Shown here: positions 25,765 through 25,832 of the stretch, piece by piece
How the letters are laid out: each line of letters begins with the position of its first letter
Position numbering within the stretch: position 1 is the first letter of the stretch
Source of the DNA: Fibrobacteria bacterium
GTDB taxonomy: Bacteria > Fibrobacterota > Fibrobacteria > UBA11236
Assembly (NCBI GenBank): GCA_043732185.1
Contig: JAYTHY010000097.1
Location: forward strand, 1-25,832
DNA length: 25,832 bases
Reading direction: 5' to 3'
Notes under the pieces: generated by a model
Told to the model about the DNA's origin: nothing
Databases searched by the model: none
What the model saw: the letters and a program-made list of their open reading frames with translations, nothing else
Translations under genes and position numbers: made by a program

Positions 25765-25832
25765 GGGGGGAGGCAAGCCACCTTGAGATCAAGGGCTAGA
25801 TTACTGGATGACCAAATGAGGTCTGATTATTG

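Overview
Bacterial chromosomal window, most likely from Fibrobacterota (FCB superphylum). That assignment is inferred from protein style, the NusA N-terminal insert and a Fibrobacter-like LexA box; it was not checked by search. The core is a minus-strand housekeeping run: rimP-nusA-infB-rbfA-truB-ribF, an unannotated 44-aa membrane protein, then rpsO-pnp-M16 peptidase. The same strand continues into an envelope cluster: two lipoproteins, an OmpA with TSP3 repeats, a TPR/beta-barrel protein, and a four-gene module (secreted helical-repeat protein, beta-barrel protein, histidine kinase, NtrC-type regulator). The regulator's sigma54-contact motif is degenerate (GAYAGA). The left edge is a 3'-truncated group II intron reverse transcriptase. 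The right side has a small membrane protein, mazG divergent from dprA with a probable LexA box in the dprA promoter, an ftsB/divIC-like gene, and an AT-rich, disrupted SH3b gene. The most promising leads are the four-gene signalling module, the SOS-like box at dprA, the small ORF, the prion-like IF2 insertion, a SLAM-like TPR/barrel protein near lipoproteins, and several structured leaders.
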